NCBI GenBank assembly: GCA_032718475.1
Contig: JAUCBJ010008615.1
Coordinates: 1-50,690, forward strand
DNA length: 50,690 nucleotides
Direction of reading: 5' to 3'
Origin: Nemertoderma westbladi
Lineage: Eukaryota > Animalia > Xenacoelomorpha
How positions within the stretch are numbered: the stretch's first letter is position 1; every line of letters starts with the position of its first letter. Both the position numbers and the translations under genes were made by a program. The notes below the pieces were generated by a model, which worked only from the letters and a program-made list of their open reading frames with translations, ran no database searches and had not been told where the DNA came from. Positions 43,917-50,690 of the stretch are shown here, one piece after another.

Positions 43917-45241
43917 TTTTCACTACCAGACTATTTATGAGGGCTTTGCGTGTAAAATACGGTTTCTATTAACTAATATTTTATGAGATGAAGTCTGTTA
44001 TTGTTTTACTAACAAACCAATTCAAGCTGATAATTTGCTTAGTTTTCTAATCAGAAGGTCACGATTTCGAACCCTAGAAAAGCAAAATTATTTTTCCCTA
44101 GCTCCGCATTAACTCTATAGTATACTACTGTAGCTTCGACCCTCCCAGTTATAGTGAGAGCCTATCATTTGTTGAGAGAGTAAACAAATGGATTGAATAG
44201 TGATAGTATGCAACCTTGGGTGTTAATGGGCTGTCTTATGAGTAAAAGCCAAGAGACTAGTCTTTGGGTTCACTCAACTTTCCAAAAGAGTTTGCTAGCG
44301 CAGGTTCAAATCCAACTAAAGACCATATACATTTTGCGCTGAACCAGATACTTTAGATGTTAGGGGGAATCTGGTTTGTATTGGATAACGTGATTAGTGA
44401 TTATTTATCTACATTTGGGAGTTAGTGTGGTGTTATCTCACCTCGCGAATAACAGACAAGAAAGAGGACTAAATGACTTAAGGTTAAACCTATTCATAGA
44501 CCGTTACAGTAGATAGTTATTTGAGATATGAGTCTCAGGCTATAATAATGAGATGTTTGCAATTTTATGATGGCTCCAATCATCCATAATTAGTTAAGGC
44601 AAATCACTTGAAACTTTTCAAAAGAATCAGCTAATAGAGTTATGTTATGCTAGGTATGATTTTGTGAAGGTTACATTGAGTAATTAAAATATATAATTGA
44701 AATTAAAATAATACATATAAAGCAATTATCCAAAACTAAATTTTTGTTTTTGTTTAACCCTTATTTAAAGTTTTAAAAAAATAAGACTTAGTCGACTAAT
44801 TTTCAGTATAATATTATAATAAACATATCATTTTTGAATAAATAGACCCAATAGTAATAAATCATCATGGAGAAATAGTCCTTATACTAATATAAAAGGA
44901 ACTCAAACAACAAGCAAATTTCATAGAAGACGTCCTGCGCGTGCAAATACTGTTCGAGAGTTACGATATGGAAAATAAGCAATAGTTGGTTGATTTTCTT
45001 TTGATTTTCTTCACTTTCATCTTCCTCTTTATCCAATTGTTTCTGAATTTTATTCAATTGTTCATTAATTTATGGTGTTAAGATGTGTAGAGCCTTAAAG
45101 AATGAATGCGGATTATATTTCCCCTATAGTGGGGCCTCTGAGCTGCTATATCAACTGGAGTTAATTAACCTCGTTAAGATGAAGCATCACTAGGGGGCTA
45201 CTATAGATGTATGGCCTAAGTAACCCAAGAGTCGGTTGCGT

Positions 45242-45301
45242 GTGTTAGAGTTACTACTGGTTTCAAAGTTTTAACTTTGAAACCAGTAGTAACTCTAACA
45301 C
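45242..45301. repeat. Perfect palindrome (29-bp arms, 2-nt loop)
   Basis: gtgttagagttactactggtttcaaagtt-tt-aactttgaaaccagtagtaactctaacac. Confidence 0.95.
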
Positions 45302-45943
45302 TTGCTTTTATAATTACTTCGGTTCGGTAAGCAATACATAAATTGAGATACTAGGTAAATCAAAAAACAGAACTCAAATTATAAATAAAATAAAGTAAAA
45401 ATGTATACGAATAATTGAAATAAAATAATATGCAAAGGGAAGCTTTCTGAATATGGAATTTGTTTACAATAAAATGGTTGCTAATGGGATGAAGGGGCTC
45501 CACATATATAGCCTATAGTGAGTTGGCTTTTGGTTATAATAAGATAAGATAGGTAAAGTAGGTCCTGCACATCAAAGGTGAGTAGTAGGGTCTTGGCCGG
45601 CTCGGTGACAGTTGGACCACACTCATGACTCATCGCTTAGGAATGTGACACCCTATGGGTGTCATTGGGTGTCATTGGCGCCAGACTGTCTGGGTGACAC
45701 CTCCCAATTAGGCTAATTAGACCCTAATTAACGGGTGTCATCAATTAATTAGTATATTTAATCCCTAATAGATGTCTTACGACTCCTAATTAGTGTTTAA
45801 TTGATAATCATAATTAATCAGACCGATTAGCGCCCTAACACACAATGGGTCCTGAGTGTTGTCTAACCATCACAGTAACGTAACGTAACGTAACGTAATG
45901 GAACAGTAACGTTCGAATTTGTTCGTTAACGTTCGAATTTGTA

Positions 45944-46850
45944 AGACTCTGATTTAAGACCTGAGGCACTCCTAAAGTCTCGAGTTTTAGGTCTGAGGCA
46001 CAGACTATGCCTCACTGAGGCACAGACTATGCCTCACTGAGGCACAGACTATGCCTCCTCACTAAGGCACAGACTATGCCTCACTAAGGCACAGACTATG
46101 CCTCACTGAGGCGCAGACTATGCCTCACTGAGACACAGACTATGCCTCACTGAGGCACTGAGGCACAGACTATGCCTCTCTGAGGCACAGACTATGCCTC
46201 ACTGAGGCACTGAGGCACAGACTATGCCTCACTGAGGCACAGACTATGCAACTGGCCTCACTGAGGCACAGACTATGCCTCACTGAGGCACAGACTATGC
46301 CTCACTGAGACACAGACTACGCTTCACTGAGGCACAGACTATGCCCCACTGAGGCACTGAGGCATAGACTATGCCTCACTGAGCCACTGAGGCACAGACT
46401 ATGCCTCTCTGAGCCACTGAGGCGCAGACTATGCCTCACTGAGGCACAGACTATGCCTCAGTGCCTCAGAGAGGCATAGTCTATGCCTCACTGAGGCACA
46501 GTCTGTGCCTCAGTACCTCAGTGATGCATAGTCTGTGCCTCAGTGAGGCATAGTCTGTGCCTCAGTGAGGCATAGTCTGTTCCTCAGTACCTCAGTGAGG
46601 CATAGTCTGTGCCTCAGTGAGGCATAGTCTGTGCCTCAGTGAGGCATAGTCTGTGCCTCAGTGCCTCAGTGAGGCATAGTCTGTGCCTCAGTGAGGCATA
46701 GTCTGTGCCTCAGTGATGCATAGTCTGTGCCTCAGTGATGCATAGTCTGTGCCTCAGTGAGGCATAGTCTGTGCCTCAGTGAGACATAGTCTCTGCCTCA
46801 GACCTACAACTCGAGACTTTAGGAGTGCCTCAGGTCTTAAATACGGGTCT
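45944..46850. mobile_element. Foldback element built from head-to-head arrays of a self-complementary 22-bp unit
   Basis: ~50-bp TIRs (agac...tttaagacctgaggcactcctaaagtctcgagtt); unit ctgaggcacagactatgcctca reverses orientation around 46460-46500. Confidence 0.85.
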
Positions 46851-46859
46851 TTAGGGGCA

Positions 46860-47660
46860 GACTGGAGAACTGCGGGTTGATCAACCTTCTCGGTAAAGTA
46901 TAGCCTATGCCATACCTAGATGTCTACCAAGTTTCAGCCTAAATGGTTTAAAAACAATCAAATAAGATCAGGTTTTCACTTTGAGACAGTTCACCCTCTA
47001 GCCGCAGACTGTGGAACTTCAGACTACTCTGCGACTCCATAAAAGATATAGTCTATGCTGTAGTAGAGGCCTACCGAGTTTAAACCTAAACAGAATGAAA
47101 ATAACAAAGTTAGAGAAGATGTTAATTTTATCTAACTTTGTTATTTTCATACAGATACACAGTATGTGCCTAAGTGAGGCATAGTCTATGCCTCAGTGCC
47201 TCAGAGAGGCATATTCTATGCCTCAGTGCCTCAGTGAGGCATAGTCTGTGCCTCAGTGAGGCGTAGTCTGTGCCTTAGTGAGGCATAGTCTGTGCCTCAA
47301 TGAGGCATACTCTGTGTCTCAGTGAGGCATAGTCTGCGCCTCAGTGAGGAGGCATAGTCTGTGCCTCAGTGAGGAGGCATAGTCTGTGCCTCAGTGAGGA
47401 GGCATAGTCTGTGCCTCAGTGCCTCAGTGAGGCATAGTGAGGCATAGTCAGTGCCTCAGTGAGGCATAGACATTTCGCCCTCTAGCAGCAGACTATTGAA
47501 CTGCAGACTACTCTGCGACTCCGTAAAAGATATAGCCTATGCCGTAGTAGATGCCTACCGAGTTTAAACCTAATCGGAATGAAAATAACAAAGTTAGAGA
47601 AGATGTTAATTTTCAGATAATACGCCCTCTAGCGGCAGACTATGGAACTGCAGACGGCTG
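46860..47660. repeat. ~150-bp repeated module (ccctctagc.gcagact...aaagttagagaagatgttaattt) interrupted by a second 22-bp array (about 47165-47470)
   Basis: Copies at about 46992-47130 and 47476-47615, partial copies at about 46860 and 47622; resembles Helentron-associated (DINE/HINE-like) internal repeats (inference). Confidence 0.6.
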
Positions 47661-48286
47661 GATATAGGTAAGAGTAATTAGTAATCAGAGGTGTCATGAG
47701 AGGAGAGGGGGCAGGGTGCTTGGAACCAACCATTATTAAAAACCTGTTGCTTGGTTAAAGCTAATTGGGGGTCAAAGGTCAACGATAAAGCTGTCTGGAT
47801 ATAGATAAGATTAATTAGTTACCAGTAAGGGAGCTGTATACCCTAGGGCTATGTATAACAAGATGAAAGTCAATGAGTTCCTTTAGAAAGTAATATATAA
47901 AACTAATTATTGGTAAATTTAAATTTAAATAAAAATAAATAAAGTAAAATTAAATACAAATAATTAATTAAAATTAAATACAAATAATTAATTAAAATTA
48001 AATACAAATAATTAATTAAAATTAAATACAAAAAATGAGTATTAATAAATAAAAGAACTGAGGTGTCATTTATGACACCCTCTTGGCCCTCTAGGTGATG
48101 GTTAGACAACACTCATGACCCACCTACAGTATTAGGGATTAATTATACTAATTAATTGATGACACCTACTAATTTGTAGGTGACACCCAGACACTCTAGC
48201 GCCAATGACACCCAATGGCACATAGGGTGATAATTGGGTGTCAGTTAGGTCCAACTGTCACCGAGCCGCCCAAGCCCATACTACTT

Positions 48287-49440
48287 AAACTACATTGGTC
48301 ATTTGAACACCATTGACAAAGATGATGTAAGTTTTCAAACAATGAAAGTTGTATTTGGCAAATTGGAGAACTCACGGCAGATATGCATTATAATATTTGA
48401 TGAGATATACATATGTCAAAGCAGCTCTTCGTTTCCGCGGATGTCACATTATTGGTAATTCTGTAGATGACCCAGATACACCCGCGCGGACAATGTTAAC
48501 GGCCATGGTTAAGCCTCTGCTTGGGGCAAAGTCTTTTGTTGTCAAGATGGTTCCAATTTATAAACATTTCTTTGAGCTCCTTTAAGAAATACTGCTTAAA
48601 GTTCACCAAGAATTGGATTGGATTGGGGAGTTGAGGTAGTGGCACAAGGCACAATGTTGTGAAAATCTGCTTTTGAATCGTGCGGTATTTTCAAAGTTCC
48701 ATAATAATGTTGAAGACGCCAACGCCAATAATGAGTTGTATTGGGGAGCAATGCCAGTTGAAAAAGAATCAGTAAATGAAGTTACAAGTACAAAGCTGAA
48801 TAAATTTATCTATCTGACTTAGAAGGAGAGTTTGGTGTGTATCGGCAGATGAGCGGTGCCTGCTATAATGTTTCTGTAGAGCAAGTTCTCTTCTCATAGA
48901 TGTTGAGGCTCAGAATGGAGTTATATAATGCATTAAAAATAAGCGATATAGTTCATCAACGAGCGAGCTGCTGTGAAGCCAACCTTACTGAAGTGGAACT
49001 TGATGCCATCGAAACAAGCATTGTTTCAGTAGATCAGATATTGAGGAATCTGCATTGTATTTAATTTCTGGATACATAGCTCATAAAGAGAATATTCAAC
49101 AAGATTCTGATATGAATTGGTCTTCATATATTCCAGCCAGTGAATTTACAATGTTGGTATCATGTGGAAAGTTATCATTTCCTTCTTTTCGAGATACTGT
49201 TATTCATTCTATTGTCTGAGTGAATTCAAATGTTCTAATTGTATAAAAAAGGCATTTGAACACATTCATCATTGTTGTTTTTTTTTAAATTGAACTTTCG
49301 TTTTCAAGTTCGTAGATTAACTAACACTTTTTTTTAAAAGGAACTGGTTAAGAAAGAAACTGAAAGATGTTACAAAAGAAAAGTAGAGGACAACGACGAA
49401 TATGATCTACATAAGCAAAAAAGTTGAAGTCGCAAATAGT
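48287..49440 (+). pseudogene. Decayed P-element/THAP9-like transposase
   Basis: Frames join as ICIIIFDEIY / YVKAALRFRGCHIIGNSVDDP...MVKPLLG..SFVVKMVPI, then SALYLISGYIAHKE and SEFTMLVSCGKLSFP, motifs typical of P-superfamily transposases; many stops and frameshifts. Confidence 0.7.
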
Positions 49441-49667
49441 AAATTTATGATTTAAAATATCAGCTAATATAATTTTGAAAAAAGTTCAAACATGGTGTGA
49501 ATATTAATTGTATATTACTTTATGTTCTGATAACAATGTCGAAAAAGTGTTTACTTTTAACAGAGAGGAGGGGGGGGGGGGGGGGGGGGTGGCTATTTCA
49601 TGCATGAGTGGTGGAGGGGCCCGTAAATATTAATTCGGGCCTGAACAAACCCTTACAAAATTACAGA

Positions 49668-49776
49668 AACAGATAGATACATTAGATAGAGATAGACAGA
49701 CAGACATACATACAAACAGACAGATTAACTGTATGTTAGTGTTCGGAGTACTTCATGCTCTCCATAAAATAAAAAA
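49668..49776 (+). mobile_element. Possible 3' end of a DINE/HINE-like element (GACA/GATA microsatellite, weak hairpin, A tract)
   Basis: acagatagatac...gacagacagacatacatac followed by ggagtacttcatgctctcc and aaaataaaaaa. Confidence 0.35.
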
Positions 49777-50690
49777 TGTTAACATTTCAAGTTGATTTTG
49801 TCCCATCAATTGTGCTTTAGTTGGCTAATAGAATGTTATATAAGAAACCATGCACACAAAGACTACTATCGAGGATACATCGATTTTTTCAGCCTAAACT
49901 GATGACGGGGATCAGTGACACCAATGTCAGTTCATAAATTGATTTTATAGTGCAAATGTGTCGATGGGACTTGTTATTATTCAAAATTGTACCGGCCTCT
50001 AAAACATTTCCTACATATCCGCAGTACTGCGTCCTGGTATATTATTATTACGTAGTCCTCGAAGCATAGGCCCTACTGTATGTATGTAAGCCTTTAGTCT
50101 GCGGTACATTTCCTAGGGGCCTACTGTACACCTACCTACCACGTCTGTACACCTTTTTGAATAATAAAATTATGGGAAACCATGTACTGTAATTTTGGCT
50201 GTTAGCGCGACTTGTAAAGTGGCTCGCTGGGCGCGTTTGTGTGGCTTTTATTTATTAACCATCCATATAATATAACCACGTCATAATTACTGGAAGCTGA
50301 GTGGGTATGTCGGAGAGAATTCAATCGATTATTTTAGTCCATTGTTATAGATGCTGATGACTATAACAATGGGATGATGGTATTCACTAATTGATTTTTA
50401 ACGAATATTTATTAAACACGTAGGTAACATATGTCGTATTACAGTAGGCCTACGTTTATCTCCTTGACGTAGGCCTTTACGTGGACTTTCAATATGTATA
50501 AATTTTCCTGTGGAAAATGTAATATTTATTTTAACCAGAAATTGTAGGCCCCTACTTCCTCATCTTCTGACCTTAAATTTGTAATTTTTGAACCAGATCT
50601 GATTCCAGTATGCAGGTCAGTAAAGAAGTTTTCATGACACTTACCCTTTAGTTTTCAGTCCGCCTACATTTCCCCAAGGTTCAAAGGGAA

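Larger units (their letters stand above)
45581..48285. mobile_element. Non-autonomous element with ~200-290-bp imperfect TIRs, containing nested repeats
   Basis: agtagta.ggg.cttgg.cggctcggtgacagttggacc and tgagtgttgtctaaccatcac (45581-45873) are mirrored at 48095-48285; TSD and superfamily unresolved. Confidence 0.7.

Noticed and set aside
44045-44330. tRNA-like fragments (aaggtcacgatttcgaaccc; gcgcaggttcaaatcc with gtcttt/aaagac ends)
   Set aside because: Only T-loop-like motifs; I could not fold a cloverleaf. At best decayed tRNA or SINE pieces; tRNAscan-SE would decide.
45993-47470. CRISPR-like palindromic 22-bp repeats
   Set aside because: No unique spacers and no cas genes; eukaryotic TE context; the arrays are inverted within TIRs.

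Overview
Repeat-dense eukaryotic (invertebrate-like) genomic DNA, mostly transposable elements. Host-like genes: an intronless type II membrane mucin-stalk/fibrinogen-related-domain (FReD) gene with a downstream FReD paralog (1.2-3.6 kb), and a spliced minus-strand gene for a small secreted single-WxxW-domain protein (coding exons 34108-33934, 33106-32955, 30664-30481, 30274-30255; 176 aa). The dominant feature is a 14.1-kb minus-strand Bel/Pao LTR retrotransposon (15369-29515). It (i) keeps an open gag-protease ORF but has lost RT and integrase through frame-preserving deletions, (ii) carries an intact 591-aa non-Env ORF with three CCHC-type zinc knuckles next to the 3' LTR, and (iii) has no tRNA-type PBS; instead the 11 nt directly after the 5' LTR are exactly complementary to an 11-mer inside the LTR, the geometry of Tf1-type self-priming, which I do not know from Bel/Pao elements. 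A decayed relative on the plus strand (about 4.5-11.9 kb) holds a nested stack of LINE and DNA elements and abuts a Ty3/Gypsy pol fragment. Also present: RTE-like LINEs with (TAG)n tails (one with a 71-bp TSD), tRNA-derived SINEs, a 7.7-kb 15-bp satellite with higher-order structure, nested foldback elements, long perfect palindromes and a decayed P-element-like transposase. All calls were made by eye; no database searches were run.
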